NCBI RefSeq assembly: GCF_006345805.1
Contig: NC_043018.1
Span: 10,478,001 to 10,542,000, forward strand
Direction: 5' to 3'
DNA: 64,000 nucleotides
Origin: Octopus sinensis
Taxonomy: Eukaryota
A model generated the notes under the pieces. That model was not told where the DNA came from and made no database searches. It saw only the letters and a list, made by a program, of their open reading frames with translations. Position numbers and translations under genes: made by a program. Each line of letters opens with the position of its first letter. Position 1 is the first letter of the stretch. Positions 12,368 to 23,941 of the stretch are shown here, piece by piece.

Positions 12368-15025
12368 TCATCTCTTTTGAGTCATAAGGAAAATACGGTC
12401 GGATATAAACTGGAAGGCACTGTAGAATGTGGTTAGGCTGCAATCGTGTATACCTCCAATAAGGCACGGTGCCATTAGATCCACAATAACCAATAAATTG
12501 ATGTAGAATGTTTTCAGTTTCTGTGGTTCGACCAACATTACTAACATCAATATGGCTACAGTGAGTATTTCATCAGAACAGACACAATATTGCTTATTAT
12601 CGACTGAACAGAGGGTAGAAATCGTGGAATTTAAGCAATGAAACATTCGTGTTAAACAACGGAGTTTAGCGACAATACTACTGGTTATTGAAAGGTTGTC
12701 CAAGTAGACTAGAGCTGGGGTAAACAACTGTTTGAACTTGAGTGTGTTGTATTGGGAATTTCTGGACGGTTTAGCTAAATAAATCTCTGTGCGAACTGGT
12801 TCTTGTGGTCTGGGATTCGCAGATAAACGGGCCATAAAAGACTCGTCAGAATCGACAGAGCTCTGTAAGGAGGTGCTTTGTGCAGAAATGTCCAGAGATT
12901 CCATTAGATTCGAGCATTCTTCATCAGCTCGCTTGTACAAATTCCTCACCAAACTTCCCCGCCACTTCAAGTCTTCTAGTGAGGTAGACAGTCGAAAGTT
13001 ACCAGTGTTCAAAATTTCTTCTTCTTCGCTGCTGTTACTGCTACTTTTGCCAGAGTCTACCTGGCTGATGCTATCATACATGTCACACTTAGAAAAGAGA
13101 TGCTGTACAAAGTCATCATCGGTAACAAATTCTGTAACAGAGAAATTTGCAATATTGCTGATGAGTTTTTGGCATTGCGAACCATAGGCTGTTGAGTAAA
13201 GGTAAAGAATATCGTCCATGATATTTAAGTACAGGTGACTCTCATAAATCAGCCACAGTTTGGCTGGAGAAATGTCTTCAGGTAAAAGTAGTGGTGGTAG
13301 GATTTGGTAGGTCATATTCTGCATGTGACTTTTGATGTCAGAACAAATAATATCTAGAGAAGACTTCATAGGAATGGTTTTGAAACAATCGCTTAGAATG
13401 GACTGTCTTTTGTTCGAACAGCAGCCATCGTCTAATTCTGGTAATTCTATAGAATTGACACTTTGGTAACTTAGACTATCAGGAGAATTTGAAAGGGAGT
13501 TATATGTAAAATTTCTACGTCGATGTGTTGTGATTGTATTTTGATTTAGAATACTTAATTCCGCAGGCGAAATCCAAAATTCAGTAGACGTATCTTTCTT
13601 CAAAGTACCAAAGTTAAACATAACATTTTCATCAATAAAGGCATTTATTCTATCTCTAATGTTAGAACAAAAACGAACGTGAATTTTGTGTGCCGTTTCC
13701 TTGGGATTAGCTAAAATGTGAGCTATCTTTTCATTATGGGTTTTCCAATAATCAGGTTTTTCATTGACATCCAGAATGTCTGTAGCCCTTTCACTGCCAT
13801 CGATTTTTACGTCTATACCTAAGGTTTCTCCAACAGATTGGATATCTCGAATCGACATAGTTATAGCTTCGCGAACTGTCACCATTTTCACCTTATTGAA
13901 ACATTGGTTCTGCAACTTTTCTTTTTGTTCCAATAACTTTTTGTAAACTTCATTATAAATATCATGAAATACATTCTTCTGTAATTTCTTGCGCCGAATT
14001 TTTTTCTTTTTCAATGCAGGCCTTACAATCACATTCTTTATATTTTCGCGAATATTTTCCAGATTTGTCAATTGTTGGTGAATTACATCTCTATCTTTGC
14101 GATAAATTTGTAACGTGCAAACATTTTGACTTCGACTCGCTTTCAAGTCGTTGATTTTTCTCTGACATTCATCCAGAAGTTTATCGTGCTTAAAAATGTC
14201 CCTTTCGACATCTTTGAGCAGGATTTCAAGAAACTCAGACTTGCAGTTATGTCTTATATAAGACTCTTTGTGAAAGCTTTCCGTGCGGAATAAACGTTCC
14301 CTTTGCGAACGAAGTGAGGATTCAGTTTGGAAAACAAGTTTGTCTTGTTTCAGGATAGCTTTTTCTATATTACTCAGCTGTTCGTGAATGTAATCCTGGG
14401 ACTGCAAGAGAAGGGGCAGGTCGCAGGTGGTAAATTTTATTGACGGAAACACAAAACAGTGAAGTAGTCTTAATACGTGAGAATGGAATTGGTTGAGTGT
14501 GATTTCTTTACGCCTGAAATTGTTAAGACACTCGATAGCTTGGTCAAACAATTCGTCCAAGAAACATTCAAAATCGTAACATTCAGCATAGTCTGTGGCA
14601 TCGATAGACTTTTCACTGAAACGATAATGCGAACAGAGGGTATTGGAACCTTGTAGAGTTTCTTCAGTCTCGGCCTCCAGTGGTACACCCCCGCCACAAA
14701 GTCTAAAGGACTTTCGAAATTTAATTCGCCGAAGATCACAATCCAGGTGAATATAAGAAATGACAAGGCATTTAAACCATATAGCAGGTTCCATCACAAC
14801 GGTTTCAGAAGAGGTCGAGGCCTCCCCAACGCGAGGGCGACAGTCGTCTCGTATGTTGACATCATAAATACTTTCGGTATGTTTCCCGAACTTTATACGT
14901 ACCTCCATGTCTAAAACACAATTCAGATTGACAGGGGTGTTTTTAAATAATCCTCTCCAAGTAACTACGCTGTTACTGTCATTGCTGGTTTGTTTTGTAG
15001 ATAAATTACAGCAGGGAAAACACAT
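12368..15025 (-). CDS. VPS9-domain-containing protein (VPS9D1-like, putative Rab5-family GEF), 885 aa, single uninterrupted ORF
   Basis: 2.66-kb high-complexity ORF in repeat-rich DNA; heptad-like coiled coil around aa 210-375; C-terminal KLRCL...SDEILTVAILMLV...LIGGIHDCSLTTFYSAFQFI resembles VPS9 motifs (ADDLLP; GE.GY.LT...A..FI). The start codon is uncertain (M1, M40 or an upstream exon). Confidence 0.85.
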   Translation of the reverse strand: MCFPCCNLSTKQTSNDSNSVVTWRGLFKNTPVNLNCVLDMEVRIKFGKHTESIYDVNIRDDCRPRVGEASTSSETVVMEPAIWFKCLVISYIHLDCDLRRIKFRKSFRLCGGGVPLEAETEETLQGSNTLCSHYRFSEKSIDATDYAECYDFECFLDELFDQAIECLNNFRRKEITLNQFHSHVLRLLHCFVFPSIKFTTCDLPLLLQSQDYIHEQLSNIEKAILKQDKLVFQTESSLRSQRERLFRTESFHKESYIRHNCKSEFLEILLKDVERDIFKHDKLLDECQRKINDLKASRSQNVCTLQIYRKDRDVIHQQLTNLENIRENIKNVIVRPALKKKKIRRKKLQKNVFHDIYNEVYKKLLEQKEKLQNQCFNKVKMVTVREAITMSIRDIQSVGETLGIDVKIDGSERATDILDVNEKPDYWKTHNEKIAHILANPKETAHKIHVRFCSNIRDRINAFIDENVMFNFGTLKKDTSTEFWISPAELSILNQNTITTHRRRNFTYNSLSNSPDSLSYQSVNSIELPELDDGCCSNKRQSILSDCFKTIPMKSSLDIICSDIKSHMQNMTYQILPPLLLPEDISPAKLWLIYESHLYLNIMDDILYLYSTAYGSQCQKLISNIANFSVTEFVTDDDFVQHLFSKCDMYDSISQVDSGKSSSNSSEEEEILNTGNFRLSTSLEDLKWRGSLVRNLYKRADEECSNLMESLDISAQSTSLQSSVDSDESFMARLSANPRPQEPVRTEIYLAKPSRNSQYNTLKFKQLFTPALVYLDNLSITSSIVAKLRCLTRMFHCLNSTISTLCSVDNKQYCVCSDEILTVAILMLVMLVEPQKLKTFYINLLVIVDLMAPCLIGGIHDCSLTTFYSAFQFISDRIFLMTQKR

Positions 15026-15499
15026 TAATAGGAGAAAGAAATATAGAACATTTTTGTTTACTTACAAATATGAATAATATTTGTTAGGTGTCAGTTATGA
15101 GTAGTCGTCTTCCGTGCACTGACATAACTCCGGGCGGGTGAGGCGTAGGTAAATACTCCAAATTTGAGATAAGCTTTTTATTTTTTAATCCTTTAATGAA
15201 ATAACATCACAAACAAAAAGATAAGCCGCTTCAATTGTAGGTACACCACCACTTGTTGATAGCTTTAGTACAGAGGACACAATAGTAGGAGTTTAAATAT
15301 TGTTGTTTAGTCATAGACAAACTATCAGCAAAAGCCCTTCACGTCATTCAGACGGCAGCGGGAGGAAAACGCATTGAAATGTTGACTTCATTAACAGCTA
15401 CAATGTCTACACGACTTGTAAATTACAGTAAAATCCGATTTGTTTCCGATCTGTTTTCCCCCATCAACGTTGCTTTAGTTTTATAAGTTGTATCTGAAG

Positions 15500-16378
15500 T
15501 TTACATCATCGTCGTCGTCGTCGTCGTCGTCCGGTCCGAGTTCGTGGCTCGCACCTGCTCTGCTTAGTCCGGAATGACAAGACTCAGGCAAGAACAAGAA
15601 GGAGAAGGCGGGGAACTGGTTTTGTGTTGGTGTAAAGTGAGGGGTGGGGAGAAGCCTGTGTTGAGTCAGTGGTGGCGGCGGCGGATGAGGAGGAGGAGGA
15701 GGAGGAGGTAGAGAAAGCTAGGAGAAAAGTTTGAGGTGGAGAGTGAGAGTGAGAGATATTAATGACAAAGAGGGAGTGTGTGTGAAAGAGATTAATAGCA
15801 AAGATAGAGTGAGAGTGAAAGAGATTAATTACAAAGGGAGAGTGGAGGAGAATATGGAGGTGAAATTACTTTAAGGCGGTGGTGGCGATATAGAGAGAGA
15901 GAGAGACTATAACAAAACAGAGAGGTGGAGGAGGAGAAGACGGAGGGTGGAACTATTTCAGGGCGATGGTGGCGACGAAGAAACACGAAAGAGAGGAGAG
16001 GTGCGGAACGATTAACAGAGAGAGGGTGACAAGAGACAGAGAGAGGGAGAGAAAGAAAGACTAGAGATAGATAGAGAGAGAGAGAGAGGGGGGAGAGAGA
16101 GCCAAACAGAGAAATGTATGGAAGGAAGGGGAAGAGGAGACGTTAGAATAGTATGAAAAAGTAGCACGTGCAAAAGAGAGAGAGTGGGAGGGATGTTGTG
16201 AGTTGAAGGTGAAAGAAGGAGAGACGAGGATGAGATAATGTTTTGTGGGAGTCACGTGGGACTGTTGTGAAAACCGTTTATCTTCGTCCCACTCGGATTC
16301 TCTATTCTTTTTCATTCACACTCCTTTAAAACAAAATCGTCAGAATCCCAGCGTGACTACACATCTCTTTATTTCTCC

Positions 16379-16416
<38 letters not shown>

Positions 16417-16420
16417 AATC
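15500..16420 (-). promoter_or_regulatory. putative promoter/5' UTR region of the VPS9-domain gene
   Basis: Free of interspersed repeats, CpG-richer and GA/CT-rich, directly upstream of the ORF; CACGTG E-boxes near 16165 and 16254. Confidence 0.35.
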
Positions 16421-16654
16421 TCCCATTCATTCCCCCAGCTCTGTCTGTCTCTCTATCTCTGTCTCTTTTTTTCTTTCTAGGTTCTGATAGAAATTAGAGG
16501 AGAAAAAGAACTCAACACATGTTCTTATATGTATGTATATGAATAAATTGAATAATACGTGCCAATGAACGAAAAGCTGGGCCCTTGAATAATTTTTGTA
16601 ATTTTCTGTCGATTAATAATGTGTGTATGTCTGTATATACACACACACACATAT

Positions 16655-16744
<90 letters not shown>

Positions 16745-16812
16745 GGCATTATTACACATAAATGCCACACGCTAGGAGGGACTTTTAATATATATATGTA
16801 TATACTCATACA

Positions 16813-17481
16813 TACAGGAGTGGTTGTGTGGTAAGTAGCTTGCTAACCAACCAAGTAGGATCCGGGTTCAGTCCTACTGCGGGGCACTTTGAGCAAGTGC
16901 TTTCTACTTGTGAGTTCATTTGGTAGACGCAAACTGAAAGAAGCCCGTCGTATATATATATACGTCTGTGTTTGACCCACCCCAACCATCGCTTGACAAC
17001 CGATGTTGGTGTGTTTGCGTCCCCGTAACTTAGTAGTTTTGGCTAAAAAGACCAATAGAATAAGTACTAGGCTGACAAAGAATAAGTCCTAGGCGGTGCT
17101 CCAGCGTGGCCGCAGTCAAATGACTGAAACAAATACATACAAGCGTACAAACCTGTATATATACAGGAATCACTCGACTATCACAGGTATTGTGTTCCAA
17201 ACACACACACACCCATGATAGGTAAAAACCCATAAAGTATGTTTTTGTTATTTTTATAATTTACTCTTTTACTTGTTTCAGTCATTTTGACTGCGGCCAT
17301 GCTGGAGCAGCGCCTTTAGTCGAGCAAATCGATCCCAGGACTTATTCTTTGGAAGCCTAGTACAGTACGTATTCTATCGTTTTCTTTTGCCGAACCGCTA
17401 AGTTACGGGGGCGTAAACACACCAGCATCGGTTGTTAGGCGATGTTGGGAGGACAAACACAGACACACAAACATACACACG

Positions 17482-17518
<37 letters not shown>

Positions 17519-17786
17519 TATATATGTATATATATGAATAAAAAATGGAGTTAACGCAGGTGTAAACAAGTATTTTTACTTTCTACACATGTTTCGAAAA
17601 TTCCACTGATACTCCATTTTTTATTCATATTATTCAAAATATTCCACGTAAACACGAAGTTTCAACCTTTATAAACAAGGAGTTACAACCTCTTTACTTG
17701 TGAGATTTTTGCTGCCCTGGTAACTATTTATTTATTTTTCCGTGTTAATTGTTAACAAGGTAAAAATACACTCATCTATTTATATG

Positions 17787-17868
<82 letters not shown>

Positions 17869-17884
17869 CATATATATATATACA

Positions 17885-17918
<34 letters not shown>

Positions 17919-18382
17919 CATATACACACATACATATACATATATATATACAACAGGCTTTTTTCAGTTTCCGTCTACCAAATCCACTCACAAGGCTTTG
18001 GTCAGCCCTGAGGCTATAGTAGAAGACACCTGCCCAAGGTTTCACGCAGTGGGAATGAACCTGGAACCATGTTATTTCTTTATTATGAACCCGGAACCAT
18101 GTGGTTGGTAAGCAAGCTACTTACCACACAGCCACTCCTGCTCCTGTAAATATTTTATAAATGCTAAGCAACACAACAAGGGATAAGCCGCAATATGGTG
18201 AGGGATTACTGTGCATAGGCGCAGGAGTGGCTGTGTGGTAAGTAGCTTGCTAACCAACCACATGGTTCCGGGTTCAGTCCCACTGCGTGGCATCTTGGGC
18301 AAGTGTCTTCTGCTATAGCCTCGGGCCGACCAAAGCCTTGTGAGTGGATTTAATAGACGGAAACTGAAAGAAGCCTGTCGTA

Positions 18383-18445
<63 letters not shown>

Positions 18446-18935
18446 TTGTATGTCTGTGTTTGTCTCCTAGCATTGCTTGACAACCGATGCTGGTGTGTTT
18501 ACGTCCCCGTCACTTTGCGGTTCGGCAAAAGAGACCGATAGAATAAGTACTGGGCTTACAAAGAATAAGTCCCGGGGTCAATTTACTCGATTAAAGGCGG
18601 TGCTCCAGCATGGCCACAGTCAAATGACTGAAACAAGTAAAAAAAGAAAAAAAAAAAGATATGTATGTGTACAGACTGACGCAAGGATCAAGAATGCATG
18701 CTTTAGCACATTTCAAACGTCCACGTAAGCAATACTGTATATATAGTGTGTGGATATGGTTGTGTGTTTGTGTTTGTCACACACACCCTGCCCCACCATT
18801 GCTTGACAACCGATGTCCTCGTAACTTAGCGGTTCAGCAAAAGAGACCAATAGAATAAGTACTAGGCTTGCAAAGAATAAGTCCTGGGGTCGATTTGTTT
18901 GACTAAAGGTGATGCTCCAGCATGGCCACAGTCAA
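16813..18935. mobile_element. cluster of about six family A SINE copies/fragments in both orientations, separated by (TA)n
   Basis: +16813-17135, -17260-17475, -17955-18145, +18218-18660, +18760-18935. Confidence 0.85.
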
Positions 18936-18957
18936 AAGAATATACATATATATATAT

Positions 18958-19090
18958 AATTTATTTTATAGAAGGAGCTTCTACAGGACTAGAACTGTTT
19001 CATTCAAAAGAAATCATCATGAGCTTCCTGATGATTTCTTCTGAATGAAACAGTTCTAGTCCTGTAGAAGCTCCTTCTATAAAATAAATT
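18958..19090. repeat. 133-bp near-perfect palindrome containing a hammerhead-like core
   Basis: Arms aatttattttatagaaggagcttctacaggactagaactgtttcattc..aagaaatcatca and reverse complement; 9-nt loop tgagcttcc. Confidence 0.9.
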
Positions 19091-19200
19091 AATTTACTCT
19101 GCTATGTATTGAGTACCTTATTTACTGTGGTTAACCCCGACTCAACTCGGGACCTACATATATATATATATACTTTATTTTAAGCAGCAGAAAATTCAAC

Positions 19201-19247
19201 AAAATCTGTTACTCTGAGTTTCTCGTTGCCGTTCATCAGACAGTTTT
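19201..19247 (-). ncRNA. minimal type I hammerhead ribozyme motif, left-arm copy
   Basis: Reverse complement of the 20005-20051 motif. Confidence 0.65.
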
Positions 19248-20004
19248 TGCTAGAATGGAACTGATATATCAATTCAATCTATACTCTTACAAACGCTACA
19301 CCTTTAAAAAGAAATGGACTTGTTTGATTGGCCCTTTAGAAAAAACGGTCAATCTTCGAGCGATAAACAAAAAGGTCAAAAATATATGTATATATATATA
19401 AAAACTTATAAAAAATTATAAAAATTATAAAAATTATAAAATCCGAGGAAAAAACCGAGGAAAAAACCTATTGCCGTTAATGAAGACAGTACAAATTAAT
19501 GCATAGAAATTAAACCTGTTATAAATAATGCAATACATATTTATATTAAAATCTACATATATATATCAACATACACAAAAGGATGCGCGTAAACGCCATA
19601 CATACTATACAGACGTATGAATATATGTATATTTAGACTTATATTCATACGTCTGTATATGTATGTATGGCGTTTACGCGCATCCTTTTTGTATGTTGAT
19701 ATATATATGTAGATTTTAATATAATATGTATTGCATATTTATAACAGGTTTAATTTCTATGCATTAATTTGCACTGTCTTCATTAACGTCAATAGGTTTT
19801 TTCCTCGGATTTTATAATTTTTATAATTTTTATAATTTTTTATAAGTTTTTATATATATATATACATATATTTTTGACCTTTTTGTTTATCGCTCGAAGA
19901 TTGACCATTTTTCTAAAGGGCCAATCAAACAAGTCCATTTCTTTTTAAAGGTGTAGCGTTTGTAAGAGTATAGATTGAATTGATATATCAGTTCCATTCT
20001 AGCA

Positions 20005-20051
20005 AAAACTGTCTGATGAACGGCAACGAGAAACTCAGAGTAACAGATTTT
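20005..20051 (+). ncRNA. minimal type I hammerhead ribozyme motif, right-arm copy
   Basis: aaaaCTGT CTGATGA a-cg-gcaa-cg-a GAAAC tcaga GTA ACAG atttt: intact core, stem I, palindromic stem III ACTC-A-GAGT. Confidence 0.65.
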
Positions 20052-20249
20052 GTTGAATTTTCTGCTGCTTAAAATAAAGCATATTACTCTACCACTGGTA
20101 TTTGAGTACTCTTTTTTCCACCTTGTTTCACATTTATGTGTTTACTCCGGTATATATATATATATATATATATATGATATATATATAAAGTTAATCCAAA
20201 CATGAAAACACAAAGAGAAAACACAACAACGCAAGGACGTGGAACAAGT

Positions 20250-20715
20250 ATATCATCATCATCATCATCATTATTTAGCATCTGCTTTCTATGCTAGCAT
20301 GGGTTGGACGGTTCAACTGGGGTCTGGGAGGCCTGAAGGCAACACCAGGCCCAGTCTGATCTAGCAGTGTTCCTACAGCTGGATGCCCTTCCTAAAGCCA
20401 ACCACTTCGTGAGTGCAGTGGGTGATTTTTACGTGCCACCGGCACAGGTGCCAGACGGGGCTGGCAAACAGCCACGGTCGGATGGTGCTTTTTATGTGCC
20501 ACCGGCACAGGTGCCAGACAGGGCTGGCAAACGGCCACGATCGGATGGTGCTTTTTATATATACACATATATAAAACACACACATGCACATATGTATATA
20601 CACACAGGCATACATGCACACATGCGTATGTACATACATACATACATACATACATACATACATACACACATACATACATACATACATACATACATACATA
20701 CATGCATACATATAT

Positions 20716-20748
<33 letters not shown>

Positions 20749-20820
20749 TACATACATACATACATACATACATGCATGCATGCATGCATGCATACATACA
20801 TACATACATACACACATACA

Positions 20821-20852
<32 letters not shown>

Positions 20853-20920
20853 CACACACATACATACATACATACATACATACATACACACACACATACA
20901 TAAATACATACATACATACA
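20250..20920 (-). mobile_element. family C LINE tail (20250-20555) followed by a (TACA)n array
   Basis: ctacagctggatgcccttcc motif and ~62-bp internal units; then tacatacata repeats. Confidence 0.8.
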
Positions 20921-21364
20921 TGGTGACCTGACAAGTTCAGGTGCAATAGACTTTGTCTATGGTTCTGTTTTACTCTTCTGTCCCTGATTGGGAGAGTACA
21001 ACACCTGAGGAGGTCTTCTCTGCCACCTTAAGAGGATATGAAATCCACATCTGTCTCAGATCTGTGGAAAAACAATATCACCCTCTGACCCCCTGCATGC
21101 AAGGTCAAAGTTGAAGACTTCTATTGCACCCGCCACCTCTCCCCATCTTCTCTTTCCCCATCACAACTGTATTCATGAAGAAACTGTGATGACGTTGGTG
21201 TGGTGGTTTCTTGACCATCCTCCATGATGACAATCCTTATGATGGTGGCCATGGTTTGTGCAGTGCCAGTGCCACTCTCTTGGCATTCAGACTTGTAAAG
21301 GTTTGGTGCAACAAGTGCAGAAAGCCAAGCAGTTATCAGGAGGCAGGATTTATACAGAGTTATC

Positions 21365-22116
21365 TTCTCTTAGATAAGCAACTAAAGAGCTGAGGGGCCT
21401 TATCTGCCTTGGGTCCACTGGTGTGTCTGTGAGTGGCCTTCATCTGGGGGCAATTCCATGACATGCTAATTAACCTACAGCTAGGACTCTGATGGGTGCT
21501 ACTATTCCAGGTCAGAGTAGACTTGAGAACAACAATGGCTAAGAGATGATTCCACATTCCTCAAAACCCTAAGATTTCTGAACCAGTGCCCCATTACCAG
21601 AAACAGTTTAAAATCAGACCCAAGACAAGCTGTAATATAAATGAACCTGATTAACTAATTACTGCTCACAATGATGACATAGTTCTAAGATGTTGTTCTA
21701 GTTTAGCCATGAGTTGACCCTTATTAAGAAGACCTATGATCAGAGAAGTTCTGGTAATGACCATCCTGTCTTATTAGGGATATCTGGACAACTTTACCTT
21801 ATATGTCTCCCTTCCTGCTAATTTCATTCACAAAGCATTGTTCAACCTAAGCCTTTATTAGAAGTCACTTACCCAAGGTTCTCTTAGATGAATTGCTAAA
21901 GAGCTGAAGGGGTTCATCTGCCGTGGGTCCACTGGTGTGTCTGTGAGTGGCCTTCATCTGGGGGCAATTCCATAACATGCTAATTAACCTACAGCGAGGA
22001 CTCTGATGGGTGCTACTATTCCAGGTCAGAATAGACTTGGGTACAACAATGGCTAAGAGATGATTTCACATTCCTCAAAACTCTAAAACTTCTGAACCAG
22101 TGCCCCATTGCCAGAT
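21365..22116 (+). repeat. local direct duplication of a ~238-bp repeat fragment (21365-21602 and 21879-22116)
   Basis: Both copies read ttctcttagat..gctaaagagctga..gggtccactggtgtgtctgtgagtggccttcatctgggggcaattcc..ctgaaccagtgcccc. Confidence 0.85.
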
Positions 22117-22141
22117 GTAGTTTATAGTCATACATGTGTGT

Positions 22142-22173
<32 letters not shown>

Positions 22174-22177
22174 GTGA

Positions 22178-22215
<38 letters not shown>

Positions 22216-22748
22216 TGACTGTAAACGAGTATGGTTATCATACAAGTAATGTTGTTTGTTTCCAGTCTTCCATGGTTAATATGTCAACCGTTTACACGCA
22301 AACACAAAAGAAGGTCGTTCAAATGATCCAACGACTGGACATTCATTGTCCAAAGCTCACGCTACCCCCCCCCACCACCACCACCACCACATTTGCTTCC
22401 TCAAATTGTTCCTCAACCCATGAAAACCACTCGACATTAACATCATCCTCATTTAGTGTCTGATTTCTGTACTGGTATGAGCTGGTATGGTTTTGACAGG
22501 AACTGGTGTGCAAGAAAACTGTGCCAAGCTCTACTGTCTGCTTTCACATGGGCCTCTACATCTGTTTATGTGGCACCAGCACTAGAAAAGTCACAGGTGT
22601 GACTTTGTGGTAAGAAGTTTGCTTCTCAGCCATATGGTTCTAGGTTCAGTCCCACTGGTGTCTTCGTGGGCCAACCAAACCCTTGTGAGTGGGTTTGGTG
22701 GATGGAAACTGAAAGAAGCCTGCCCATCATATCATATATAATATATAT

Positions 22749-22795
<47 letters not shown>

Positions 22796-23069
22796 GTGTG
22801 CGCGTTGTGTGTATATATATATGTTATATATATGTATATATATATGTGACGTGTCACTGGCACAGGAGCCAGTCAGGGGGCACTCGCCATAGCTATGATT
22901 TTGATGTGTGTGTGTGTGCTGTGTGTGTGTGTGCATGTGTGCGTGTGTGTATGTGTGCGTGTGTGTGTGTATGTATATATATTATTTACATACAATATAT
23001 AATATATATATTATAATATATATATATATTATATATGTATATATATATATATATATAATATAATGTATA

Positions 23070-23107
<38 letters not shown>

Positions 23108-23941
23108 TATATATATGGTATACTTACAAAAAATTCAGGGTGTGTGAGTGAGAGGAGTGTCTTTGTGTCTGTGTTTGTTCTCCATCAGTGCTTGACAACT
23201 GGTGTCGGTGTGTTTACATCCCCATAACTTAGCAATTCAGCAAAAGACACTGATAGAATAAGTACTACGCTTAAGAAGTAAGTCCTGGGGTCGATTTCTT
23301 CAACTAAGTCATTTATATCTCTCTCTCACTCTCCAGGAAAATCTTTGAAGCTATTCACACAGGTTTTCAGCATATATTTCTATTTGTCAATCGTGGTTTC
23401 TTTAGTGACTCCACCACATTCCTAACTGCATCAAAATATTGGAATCTTTTTTGGATACTCTCACAGATTTCATATTTTTTCTATTTTGTTCAAATTGTTT
23501 TCAAATTTGGTATACCAATCTAGATTTGTATGCTAATTATGAAAATGAAATTCATTTTTGCTAGAAATTAGAAAATTAAAAGCAAATAGTTTTTCATGTT
23601 TGCAAATTTTGAGTAATTTTAGCCAATCAAAACCATATAATGATACACATGACCATAAATCTCAATTTTGGTGTCTGTTTCTATAGCAACACAAAGCTGT
23701 AGTGGTTACAGTGATGAAACATTATTTTCATTTTTGTGTAATTTAGATGACAATATATTTACAGCACCCTGTATATGACAGTATAGGAAGAAGCTTGCTT
23801 CCCAACCACATGGTTCTAGGTTCAATTTCAGTGTGTGACATCTTGAGTGTCTTCTACAATAGCATTGGGCCAACCAAAGCCTTGTGAGTGGATTTTGTAG
23901 ACGGAAACTGAAAGAAGCCCATAATATATATATATATATAT

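Larger units (their letters stand above)
19173..20079. repeat. 907-bp near-perfect palindrome (inverted pair of Penelope-pLTR-like units)
   Basis: Arms 19173-19625 and 19640-20079 are reverse complements with a few substitutions and small indels; 14-nt spacer tgtatatttagact. Confidence 0.95.

Noticed and set aside
12789-13187. 132-aa plus-strand ORF
   Set aside because: Antisense shadow of the VPS9 ORF with no recognisable motifs
13157-13190. CTGATGA...GAAC in antisense of the CDS
   Set aside because: No stem II pairing and no GAAA; chance match
17575-17625. Minus-strand GAAACATGTGTAGAAG (3' half of a hammerhead)
   Set aside because: No CUGANGA half found upstream
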